From an uncultured Gemmatimonadales bacterium (GTDB taxonomy: Bacteria; Gemmatimonadota; Gemmatimonadetes; Gemmatimonadales; GWC2-71-9), in contig CAWJMT010000004.1 in assembly GCA_963844035.1 (NCBI GenBank), positions 96,001 through 160,000 on the forward strand: a stretch of DNA of 64,000 bases, in the 5' to 3' direction. Shown here one piece after another: positions 24,581 through 34,623 of the stretch; the stretch's first letter is position 1, and each line of letters begins with the position of its first letter. The notes under the pieces are model-generated. The model had not been told where the DNA came from, searched no databases, and worked only from the letters and a program-made list of their open reading frames with translations. A program made the position numbers and the translations under genes.

Positions 24581-25618
24581 ATGACGCCAGAGCCTTCCCC
24601 CTCCCCCCTTCCCTCGTCCCCGCCTTCGGGCGATGTCGAGCTACTGGAGCGGCTTGCGACCGCCCGGACCGACCTGCTCGCCCAGGTGGGGCGCCGGATC
24701 GTCGGCCAGCAAAGCGTGCTCGACGGGATCCTGACCGCCATTTTCTCGGGCGGGCACGCCCTGCTGCTCGGCGTGCCCGGGCTGGCCAAGACCCTGATGG
24801 TGCAGACGGTAGCGCAGGCGCTGGAGCTCAAGTTCTCCCGGATCCAGTTCACCCCCGACCTCATGCCCTCCGACATCACCGGCACGGAGATCATCGAGGA
24901 AGACACGACCACCGGGAAGCGCGCGTTCCGGTTCGTGCGCGGCCCGGTGTTCGCGAACATCGTCCTGGCCGACGAGGTCAATCGCACGCCGCCCAAGACC
25001 CAGGCCGCCCTGCTGCAAGCGATGCAGGAGCACCAGGTGAGCGCCGCGGGGCAGACGCACCTGCTGCCGGCACCGTTCTTCGTGCTGGCGACCCAAAACC
25101 CGATCGAGCAGGAGGGCACCTACCCGCTCCCCGAGGCACAGCTCGACCGTTTCATGTTCGAGCTGCGGGTGGGCTATCCCTCGAGGGAAGAGGAAGAACG
25201 CATCGTCGAGACCACGACGAGCGACCTGTCGGCGCACGTGCAGCCGGTGCTCACCGCTGAGGACGTATTGGCGCTGCAGCACCTCGTGCGCCGGGTGCCG
25301 GCGCCCAAGACGCTGGTCCGCGCGGCAGTAGCGTTGGCGCGCATGACGCGGCCCACCGACGCCGACGCGCCGGCCTTCATTAAGGAATACGTCGCGTGGG
25401 GTGCCGGCCCGCGCGCATCGCAGTATCTCGTGCTGGGCGCCAAGGCGCGCGCGGCCCTCGACGGCCGCCCGTTAGCCGACTACGACGATCTGCGGAGTGT
25501 GGCATCCGGGGTCCTGACCCATCGGTTGGTGATCAACTTTGCGGCCGAGGCTGCGGGACGCTCCGCGGCGGACATTGTTGAGGACCTGCTCAAGGAGGGC
25601 CGGTGGCTCGCCAAGTGA
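24581..25618 (+). CDS. moxR: MoxR family AAA+ ATPase
   Basis: [47 protein letters not shown]. Confidence 0.95.
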   Translation: MTPEPSPSPLPSSPPSGDVELLERLATARTDLLAQVGRRIVGQQSVLDGILTAIFSGGHALLLGVPGLAKTLMVQTVAQALELKFSRIQFTPDLMPSDITGTEIIEEDTTTGKRAFRFVRGPVFANIVLADEVNRTPPKTQAALLQAMQEHQVSAAGQTHLLPAPFFVLATQNPIEQEGTYPLPEAQLDRFMFELRVGYPSREEEERIVETTTSDLSAHVQPVLTAEDVLALQHLVRRVPAPKTLVRAAVALARMTRPTDADAPAFIKEYVAWGAGPRASQYLVLGAKARAALDGRPLADYDDLRSVASGVLTHRLVINFAAEAAGRSAADIVEDLLKEGRWLAK

Positions 25619-26046
25619 GGGCGGCCGCGCTGGCCCTGGCATTGGGCGCTCTGGCGGGATGCGACAATCCGTTCCCGCCTGGGGCGACGGTCCGTGGCAC
25701 CTGGGGTGCCAACAACGCCGGTCTCCTGGCGGACGACACCAGCGCGCATGTCCATATCGGCTGCACCTACGGCGCCATTCATGAGCCGATCGTACTGGAC
25801 ATGAGCAGCCGGTTCGATGTCGCCGGCGAGCAAAACATCACCGCGCACCCCGTCGACCTGGGCATTCTCCATCCTGCTCGCTTCACCGGCTCGATCGATG
25901 GCCGCACCATGACCCTGACAGTCACGCTGACCGATACCGCCGTCACCCTGGGTCCGGTGGAATTGACGTTCGAGAAGGAACCGGTCATGGGCCCATGTCC
26001 GATCTGCTTCGGGAAGCGAGCTACTCGCGTTCGTCCGGTCCGTTGA
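25603..26046 (+). CDS. Hypothetical lipoprotein
   Basis: Lipobox LAGC; overlaps the moxR stop. Confidence 0.65.
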   Translation: MARQVRAAALALALGALAGCDNPFPPGATVRGTWGANNAGLLADDTSAHVHIGCTYGAIHEPIVLDMSSRFDVAGEQNITAHPVDLGILHPARFTGSIDGRTMTLTVTLTDTAVTLGPVELTFEKEPVMGPCPICFGKRATRVRPVR

Positions 26047-26146
26047 CACGGCTCTGAGCTGACCCGCCGAACGGCCGCTAACAGGCGGTCGCAGAAGGTG
26101 TTGACACCCCGTTGATACGCCTGCCTAATAGTGCCAGTCCGCAACA

Positions 26147-29100
26147 TTGCGAGATGACCCTTTGGCTGCGCACCTCCTCCTGTCCACGCTCGGCGCGCCG
26201 CTTCTGTTCGCCAGCTCCGGCGAGCCCGTCAGGTTCCGCACCCGGAAGCATTTCGCGCTCTTGATCAGGCTCGGCCTCGAGAGCGGGCGTCGTTTCAGCC
26301 GCGACTACTTGACCGACCTGCTGTGGCCCGACGCGCCGGCCCGGCAGGCTCGCCACTCGCTCGCTCAGGCCCTGTCGGTGGTGAGGGCCAAGGTTGGGGC
26401 GGAGCATCTCCTCGTGCAGAAGGCCACGGTCGCGCTCGTCGCGGGCGCGGTGGACGTAGACGCGTGCCGCCTGGGCGACGGCCCGGCGGAGGTCCGGGGG
26501 CCCTTCCTTGAAGGGTTCGAGATTCCTGGTGCACCCTCGTTCGAGCAATGGAAGGACGAGTGGCGCGCCAAGCTCACGCCGCGGATCCGCGATGCCCTGG
26601 TGAGACAGATGGACGGAGGGCGGCGCATCGGGGATTTCGCAACCGTCGAGCGCTACGCCCAGGTGTTGTACGAGCTCGACCCGCTGTCGGAGGACGCGGT
26701 GCGAGGCCTGATGGAAGCACGCGCCTGGGCGGGAGACCGGCTCAACGCCTTGAAGATCTGCGCACGGTTCGCGGCCCAGCTCGAGGAGGACTTGGGAGCA
26801 AAGCCGAGTGCCGACCTCGCCCGCATGGCCGCGCTGCTGCGCGAGGGCCGCAGCTCGCTGCCGCGGCAGCCTGACGGCAACGGCGTTCAAACTGGGCCGG
26901 CCGGGCCGGCGCGCCACGAGCGGCGCTTCGAAGCAGAGACGCTGATCGGCCGCGAGACGGAGTTCGCGGTCCTGTACGACAATTGGCTCGAAGTGCGACA
27001 GCGCCGGCCGCGCGTGGTCGTCGTGACCGGGGATCCCGGGATCGGCAAGACCACGCTCACCAACGCATTCGTGTCGACCTGTCAGATGGAGGGGGCGGTG
27101 GTCGCGCGCGCTCAGGCGTATGACGCGGAGCGCGAGCTGCCCTTCGCCGTGCTGGCGGAGCTGGTGCGCCAGCTCGCCCTCCAGCGCGCCATCGGCAGCG
27201 CCGATCCGGACGCGTTGAGCGAGCTGGCGCGCATCGCGCCCGCCGTGTTCGACGCGTTCCCTGGCGTTCCCAAGCCGGTTGACTGGGCGGCCGAAGTGAC
27301 TCCCCTGCGCCTGGCCGACGCCTTTCTCCGGACGCTCGCGGCGGCCGGCGACGAAAGTCCCGTCATCCTCGTGGTGGACGACATCCACGCCGCCGACAAC
27401 GCGAGCGCCGCGATCCTGCACCTCGTGGCTCGGAAGCTCGAGGGCACGCGGCTGCTCCTGGTGCTGGCGGGCCGTTCGAGCGAGCTGCGGACCGCCACGG
27501 CACCGGGCGAGCTGGTCTCCGATTCCTCGACGCAAACCATACAGACGCTTGAGCTTGAGCCCTTGGCACCGGACGCGCTGGAGCGTCTCGCGGCCGCGAT
27601 CGCGTCCAAGGCGGGAGGCACCATACAGGATCTCCCCACCCAACGCATCCTCCGGGCGGCGAACGGCAACCCGCTGGCGCTCGAGCTGCTCACGACGGAG
27701 TGGCTCGCGCACGGGTCGACGTCCTTGCTGGCCGATCTTGGAGGCGCTGAACACTCGCCCGGTGGCGAACATCGGAATCCCGCGCGCGATCGGCGCGGTG
27801 TTCGAGCGCCAGATCCGGCGGCTGCACGCGTCTGCGCGGGCGGCGCTCGATCTCGCGGCGGTGTTGGGCCGCCGGCTCGTCGACTTGCCGCTGTACGACA
27901 TCGTGGGCCTGTCGCCCGCGGCCGCGGGGGAGATGCTGTCGCGATTGCGCGAGGAGGGTTTTCTCCGGGAGATCCACGGTGGGCTCGAGTTCCGGAATGA
28001 GCTGATACGGGCGCAGGCGTACTACGCGGTGGCCGGACCGGCGCGGCAACATCTGCACCGGCGCGTTGGCACGCTGTTGGCCGAGCGGCCGCCTGAGGAT
28101 CGGCAGTCGCTCCAGCTGGAGATCGCGTGGCATTTCCTGAGGGGGGGTGATGGAGTCCTTGCGGTCGTCTACGGATTGGTAGCGGCCGAGGAAGCGATGA
28201 GGATTGGCGCTCCCTATGAAGCACAAGAGATTCTCCAGGCACTCATCCACGAGCCGAAAGCCGAGACACACACCCTACGAATTCAATTGTTGGCCGCGCA
28301 GGCCCTATTGGAGCAATCCAAGGCACAAGCAGCGCTCGACGCACTTAGTGGCCTGGAGAATGTGACCGGAATCACGCCGCCCGTATCAGCGGAGGTCGCC
28401 AGGATGCGCGCGACAGCGCGATATCTGATGAACGAAGGTCCCCCACAAGGGTACGTCGAGGCCGCTCAAAGGGCGCTGATCGCCGCAAGGGAGGTCGGCG
28501 ATCCGGAAATACTCTCCCGAGCACTCTTCGAGTGTGCAAGAGCTGGAGCGGAGGCGGGAGACGAAGCTCTAGTCCTTGAGGCCCAAGCAGAGATCGAACA
28601 TCTCCAGAGTCAACCCGAGGCCGCAAAACTGCCAACCCTGCACTATGCCCAAGCGTTTTGCAGTTCCTTCGTCTTTGAACCCGCGCGTGCGGCCGACTCA
28701 ATGGAAGTTGCCCTGAAACTCCTGATTCCTGATGGTAACCCTAGCGAACTGTCATTCGCGTACAACGGATACGCAAACTGCAAGCTGCAACTCTGTGAGT
28801 TTGAATTGGCCCGCGAGGCGTACGGAAGGGGCCTTGAGTTGGCAAGGAAGGTAGGTGACGACTCTCGAGCGTCGGTGGTCGCGGGAAATTTGTGCGGTGT
28901 GCTCTCGATGATGGGGGACTATTCAGCCGCTGTGAGGGTGGGAGAAGATGGCGTTCGATTTGGTGTCCGATGTCCTAGCCAGCCAGTCCTGATAACATGC
29001 TTCACTAGTTTGGCTGAGGCCCACGCCCTCGCCGGTGACAAAATTCGCGCGATTGACAGTCTTAAGGAGGCACAGGAGTGGCTTCAAAGGAGGCAGAGCT

Positions 29101-29507
29101 GGTCAGCTAATGTTGAGTTCCTCTGTCAGAAAGCGCTCATCGCCCTGTTGATGGGTGACCTGGGCTTGGCTCTGGACACTACGGCCCTGGCGGAAAAGGC
29201 TGCGTGGCGCAGAGAACGAACGGTACCAAACCCTGGAATCCTGGCCAAGCTCCGGATCATGCGAGCGGCCCACGTTTCTGGCTTTGAGTCCGCCTTCGCT
29301 ATCGCGCAGGACGCCATGGCGAGGTTCTGTGGTCACCACCCGTTACATTCTCTCGCGGTGTCGACAGCGATAGTGTGGGTGGAGAACAATGCCGGATGCT
29401 CGCATTCGACCGAAACCCAGAAAGCACTGCAACGTCTCGAAATGCCGGAGTTGCGAGGATATAGAGCCATGCTTACAGCCCAAGGGTTCTTGGCGCAGCG
29501 GGCTTGA
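26147..29507 (+). CDS. Large transcriptional regulator: winged helix/BTAD + AAA ATPase + TPR region (frameshift ~27740)
   Basis: SRDYLTDLLWPD...ARHSL.QALS; DPLSE.AVRGLM (BTAD); Walker A GDPGIGKT; Walker B VVDDIH.AD; GNPL; helical TPR-like C-terminus. Confidence 0.85.
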
Positions 29508-29641
29508 TCCCGTTCCAGGCCCCGTCACCCTTTTTGCCCCGCCCAAGGACCCGCCAATCCACACTACGGCCAAAGTCCCTCAAAGATTATGCGCGACGAC
29601 TAGTGTTGGGCTGCTGGCGGGCAGGTCCGTCGCCTCTTCCT

Positions 29642-31015
29642 TTACGGAATAGGAACGCCTTGCTCCACTGTCGCCCGGGGTTGTCTAGAGGCAGTCGCCC
29701 GCTCGAATGCCGCGGGTCCCGATCGGAATGCGGAAGGAGACGCCTTCGCAACCACGCGACGGATTGCAATCGACCTATTCACTATGTCGGCAATTCTGGG
29801 GTCGAATTGCTTACCAGAGTACTTACGAATCTCCTCAAGCGCTCGGTCAAACGGAAGGGCTTTTCTATAAGGGCGGTCCGTTGTCATCGCATCGAGAGTG
29901 TCTGCCACCATTATGATACGTGCGCCCAGAGGAATTCCTTCGCCCGCGAGGCAGTCCGGATAACCCGTACCGTCAAAGTTCTCATGGTGGTGGCGAACCG
30001 CCTTCTCGATCGGGCCCCGCAAACTCGAAATCGTGGTGACGAGCTCAGCGGACCTCACCGGGTGGGTCTGAAGCAGCGCCTTCTCCTCAGGAGTTAGCCT
30101 ACCCTCCTTGTGAAGGAGTGGAGCGTACTCCTCGTATACTTTGCCAACGTCATGTAGCAACGCAGCAGTGGCAATCTGCTCGACCTGTCGGACCCCAGCC
30201 CCAGCTTCCTTTGCGAGAATTCGCGCGTACTGCGACACGCGCTGCGAATGACCCGACGTGTAGGGATCGCGGGCTTCGATTTGCTTGACCATCAACTCAA
30301 GGAGTTCACGACTCGCCTGTTGTAGCCGAAGGTTCTGTACGTAGACATGTCGAACAATGAAGAGAGGAGCGGCGAGAGCAACCACACCACCAAGCTCCCA
30401 CCGTACGTACATGTACGCCAACACGGCTGGCACTGGCGTGACAAAGAGGTCGTAGACCGCAGAACCGCCGAAGAGCCGGGCCCAAGCCCCAGTAAATCCT
30501 ATGCCCTCAGCCAAAGAAACGACAAAGCTCACAGCGGTGGAACTCGCCACGGCGTACGCCAGGGCGCTCAGAAACACCGCGACAGGTACGAACTCGAACT
30601 CGTATAGGGAAGGGGTGCCTCCAAAAAATCGATAGACCGATGCCGCGAAGCCCAGGGACAGGATTTCCTTGGATGAGTTGAAAACAACCTTTATCCAGGG
30701 CTTCTTCCGAATCAACAGGTCTGCGGTGAAGAACGTTGCCCCACCTATCGCCATTGCCCAGAATGGGCCGAAGAGGAATATGGCAGCGAGGAACGGGATG
30801 AATGCGACCGACATGGTGGCAGTGCCAAGTTGAACGCTGACAAAGCTCATCTCAGCAGCCAAGGCAACTGCAACTATTGCAATAAGACCGTTTGAGAACT
30901 TGCTAGACCAATCCCAGACCTCGCCGTTGCCCGCCACAACCATTGCGACAACAGCGCCGCAAGCGATTGCGGACACGCAAAACTTTAGGAGACGTGATCT
31001 AGTAAGGACGTCCAT
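29642..31015 (-). CDS. HD-GYP domain protein with multi-TM N-terminal sensor (putative c-di-GMP phosphodiesterase)
   Basis: DPYTSGHSQRV, LLHDVGK, HHENFDGTGYP, VADTLDAMTTDRPYRK; about 7 hydrophobic segments; GAGGTG RBS. Confidence 0.93.
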   Translation of the reverse strand: MDVLTRSRLLKFCVSAIACGAVVAMVVAGNGEVWDWSSKFSNGLIAIVAVALAAEMSFVSVQLGTATMSVAFIPFLAAIFLFGPFWAMAIGGATFFTADLLIRKKPWIKVVFNSSKEILSLGFAASVYRFFGGTPSLYEFEFVPVAVFLSALAYAVASSTAVSFVVSLAEGIGFTGAWARLFGGSAVYDLFVTPVPAVLAYMYVRWELGGVVALAAPLFIVRHVYVQNLRLQQASRELLELMVKQIEARDPYTSGHSQRVSQYARILAKEAGAGVRQVEQIATAALLHDVGKVYEEYAPLLHKEGRLTPEEKALLQTHPVRSAELVTTISSLRGPIEKAVRHHHENFDGTGYPDCLAGEGIPLGARIIMVADTLDAMTTDRPYRKALPFDRALEEIRKYSGKQFDPRIADIVNRSIAIRRVVAKASPSAFRSGPAAFERATASRQPRATVEQGVPIP

Positions 31016-31061
31016 CTACCAGCACCTCAAGAGTGCGAGAGAGGGTGGCCCCAAGCTGTCG

Positions 31062-31142
31062 TTACCAACCTACCGAGATGTTTGCCATCAGAACGCGGAC
31101 GACCGCGCCCAACAGCAACGCGAGCAGCTTTAGCGCAAACAT
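31062..31142 (-). CDS. Unannotated 26-aa hydrophobic peptide MFALKLLALLLGAVVRVLMANISVGW
   Basis: ATG 31142 to TAA 31062; AGGAGGTGA RBS ends 6 nt before ATG; lies 46 nt upstream of the HD-GYP start on the same strand. Confidence 0.75.
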   Translation of the reverse strand: MFALKLLALLLGAVVRVLMANISVGW

Positions 31143-31365
31143 AGAGCGTCACCTCCTCACGGGGCCTACGAGACTTGCTCGATAGACTTGGAGTGGCACG
31201 CCTCGCTATGGCGTACCCGACGCTCCGCTCCTCAGCTTTTCGCTCGGCTTCGCTCGGGCAACTACAACCCGGGGCCCCTTCCCTCCTTCTCGTTCACAGT
31301 TCGCAACGTGTTTTGCCCAGCGTGCCAGCTTGCGCACGAGGGTGGGAGAAGAATCGTTGCTACGC

Positions 31366-31966
31366 CTACGCCGCCTTCCGCCTCCGCAACGCTTGGCGCA
31401 CCGCGTCAATGACCGCCGAGACGCCGTCCGCCTTGTTGACGATTGTCCTGCACACCGAGTTTGCGCAGCCGCTCTTGATCCTCGACCTCGATGCCGCCGG
31501 TGATGACCAGCAGCTCGGCGGGGAGTTTGCGCCCCGGCTCGAGCAGTCGCTCGATGATCTGCAGGGCGTTCAAGTCCGGCAACCGGTAGTCCAACGCGAT
31601 CAAGGCCGGGCGCACGCGACCGATGGCGATCAACGCGTCCACGCCGTTCGTCACCTTCACGACGTCCAGACCCAGATCCGCCTTCTCGATCAACCGCGAC
31701 AGCGCCTCGAGGTACGTCCGATCGTCGTCCACCAGGACCATCACGTCCCGCGCGACGGCCTCGTGGAGATCCGACGGCACGCCCATGTCGTGCGCTCGGA
31801 GAAAATTCACGAGCTCGCTCACCTCGACCCGCCGCCGACCCGTGGGCGTCTTGTGACCGCTCAAGAGCCCCTGATCGATCCAGTTTGCAACCGTCGCCGG
31901 CGACACCTGACAGGCGCGGGCCACCCGCTGGGTGCCCCAATAGCGCTTCGTACGTGGCGTATTCAC
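31366..31966 (-). CDS. Response regulator with N-terminal excisionase/MerR-like HTH (frameshift ~31445)
   Basis: VARACQVSPATVANWID.G.L...KTPTGRRRV; receiver VLVDDD, ALDYRLP, ITG, VNK. Confidence 0.85.
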
Positions 31967-32082
31967 AGAACAGGAAATACCGCTAAAACAGGAAGTCCGC
32001 TAGTCCCTTCGGTCTAGACCCCCCGATCTGAGGGCGCTGCTGATCGGGAGAGAAACCTACTAACCTATTCTACTACAACGCA

Positions 32083-32814
32083 TTACCTCCGAGCATCAGA
32101 CCAGCGATTGGTGGCATCCAGGACCGCCAGCACGGCACTGCGCTCGGCGCTCTCCCGGATCTCGCAGGTCCCCGTCAACAACTGGGCCTCGCGGCCCCCC
32201 AACCCATGCACCGCCACCAGCACGAACTTCCGATCGAACGCTTCGATCAATTGGGCGCCTTCCAGGGCCACCGAGTTGTCGGGGAGCAGCTCGTCGAGGC
32301 ACAGCGCGGCCGCCCGGGCCGCCGATTCCACCCGATTCCGCATCGTGTCGGTCCCCTGCTCCTCGGCCTCCGCCTCGCGATCCTCGAACCCCAATCGCAC
32401 CCGCACCAACACGCGCTGCGGCCGCTCGGACGGACGCACCTCGAGACCGCGAAACACCACCACCCGCCGCTTGGCGCGCGTGGCGATCGCTTCCTGATGC
32501 AACGCCTCGATCGGACGGACGTCCGACGTTTGCGCCACGCTGATCTTGCGGTGATCGATCTTGAGCCCGAGCTGCGCCATGAGCGCCGACTCGATGTTGC
32601 GCACCACCTGCTTGGGCTGTACATCGCTCAACGTGAGCACGTGGACCTCGGTCACCTCGCCCTGGGGGCTGACGACGACGCGCGCCGACAGGATCCCCGT
32701 CAGGCTGGTGATCAGGTTCTCGGCTCGCTTCGTGCCCCACGGGTCCGTCGGCGCGAGTGGCAGCGGATCGGACTCGGCGTCCCCCGATAGATGCGACGGC
32801 TTGGAAAACGTCAC
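32083..32814 (-). CDS. Conserved hypothetical protein (IDHRKISVAQ motif)
   Basis: GGGGAG RBS; typical coding composition; KQVVRNIESAL..IDHRKISVAQ, AVLDATNR. Confidence 0.75.
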   Translation of the reverse strand: MTFSKPSHLSGDAESDPLPLAPTDPWGTKRAENLITSLTGILSARVVVSPQGEVTEVHVLTLSDVQPKQVVRNIESALMAQLGLKIDHRKISVAQTSDVRPIEALHQEAIATRAKRRVVVFRGLEVRPSERPQRVLVRVRLGFEDREAEAEEQGTDTMRNRVESAARAAALCLDELLPDNSVALEGAQLIEAFDRKFVLVAVHGLGGREAQLLTGTCEIRESAERSAVLAVLDATNRWSDARR

Positions 32815-32815
32815 G

Positions 32816-34511
32816 TCAGGTCTCCCCCGTTGCGACTCGATTCCGACCCAGTTGCTTGGCACGGTACAGTGCGCGGTCGGCTGCTATCAATACGTCCTCG
32901 TGCTCCGGCCCAAGCTGCGCCTCTGCGACTCCTATGCTAACGGTCACCAGCCCCTCCGGATAGCCCATGCGCCGCCCCAGCGCCTCCACCTGCGTCCGCA
33001 CCTTTTGCGCCACGGCGGTAGCGCCGGGAAGGCCGGTGCGGACCAGTACCATGACGAACTCGTCGCCCCCGTAGCGCGCCGCGAGGTCGGTGGTGCGGAT
33101 CAGCGCCTGGCACTCGCGCGCCGTGCCCCGGAGCACCTCGTTCCCAGCCTCATGGCCGAACCGGTCGTTGACCTGCTTGAAGTTGTCCAGATCGACGAAC
33201 AAGACCACGAACGTCTCCCCCGACCGCGAGCTGCGGGCGGTCTCCGTGGCGAGCCGGTCGCGCAGCACGCGGAACGTGGCCAGCCCCGTGAGGGCGTCGA
33301 TCGCGGCCTGCTGGTGCGCTTGGGTCGCCTCCTTGTCGAGATAGGGGGGGCACGCCTTGAGCGTCGTACGCCCCAGCGCCGCCGCTGCGGCGAACGCCCG
33401 ACAGGTTGCGTATCCGCACGCGCCGCAGTCCCACGGCTTGCCGTTGGACGCCATCCCGATCTGCGACAGGATCTGATCGACCGCCTCTGCCGGAGCCCCG
33501 TGTCCGTTTTGATGGAACGGGAAAACGGCACCCACGCGCACGCCATCCGCGACCGACTCCTCGACGACCGGCAAGCGGGCCCGGGCAGGCTCCGTCGCCC
33601 CGACGATCTCGCGCCTCCAAAACAAACCTTCCGGCGGCCCGATCAACGGGTGGTCAAGGCAGCCATCGCATGGCAGGATGTCGACGAACCCCAGGTCGAT
33701 CCGGTCCACCGCGACGGCACGCGCCAGGGCTTCCAGCTGGGTCAGACCACGCATCTTCCGGAACCGCCGGCTCGATTGGCGTTCCGCCATCAGCACCTCG
33801 AGCGGCAGTCCCCCCGCCGTGCTCCAATGGCGCCGCCGCTCTTCCGGCATCCGGCTGAAATGCAGCGGCTGCTCGAGGGGGCGCACCCCGGCCCGCTCGA
33901 GAATCGTCCCCAATTCCCCGAAGGTGATCGCAGCATCCACGTCCCCTCCCCCCTCAGTCACGCAGACGCCCGGCATAGACCACTGATGTGCCGGGGCCGT
34001 ACATCTGCTTGAGGTAGCGCGCCTCAGCGGCGATCGGGGTTGCCACCGGCGCGAGGTACGGGATCAGCTCGGGGTACTTGGTCCGCACCGTCTCCACGAT
34101 CACGGGACAGGTACTGCGGATCATCGTCCCCCAGCCAGTGTCGTTCCATGCCCGCAGGTACTCCCGGGCGACCAACTCGTCACCCAGGACCCCCCGGTGC
34201 ACCGTACGGAAACCCGCCGCGTAACACGCGTTGACGACCTGTTCGGGGGTGGCTGGATAGAAATGGACGGCGGATTCGACACTCAGGATGATTGTGGCAC
34301 GCCCGCCACACGCCAGCTGATACGCGCGCTCGAAGTCGCCCACGGCGATGATCGCCTCGTGGGGACAGGCGGGAAGGCACAGGCCGCACCGGGTGCACGA
34401 CTCGTCGACGATCCGGACCTTCTCGGCCTCGACAGCGACGGCGTCAGCGGGGCAAACCCGCACACAGGCATGGCACGCCACGCAACTGTCGGGCTCGACT
34501 CTAAAATCCAC
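32816..34511 (-). CDS. Diguanylate cyclase with N-terminal 2x[4Fe-4S], [FeFe]-hydrogenase-like and FeS domains (frameshift ~33975)
   Basis: CVACHACVRVCP/CTRCGLCLPACP; RSTCPVIV...YPELIPYLAPVATP; DCGACGYATC...CPPY; DALTGL, DLDNFKQVND.FGH..G, RYGGDEF. Confidence 0.88.
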
Positions 34512-34623
34512 AACTCGTCCGTTTGAAGGCCTGGGGACCGACGGCAGGGAGCCCTAACATGTTGTCTCGGTCGTACTCTCGCAATGGGCCGTGCCCACGC
34601 GACTTAGGCCGTCTGCGACGGAC

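Noticed and set aside
29504..29641. Second small peptide between the regulator and HD-GYP genes
   Set aside because: The short frames examined lack a convincing RBS/start and overlap the convergent gene.
31303..31320. Sigma-54 promoter for the peptide gene (GGCAAAACACGTTGC, minus strand)
   Set aside because: Spacing is GG-N11-GC rather than N10. It would fit only if the A-run contains a sequencing insertion.
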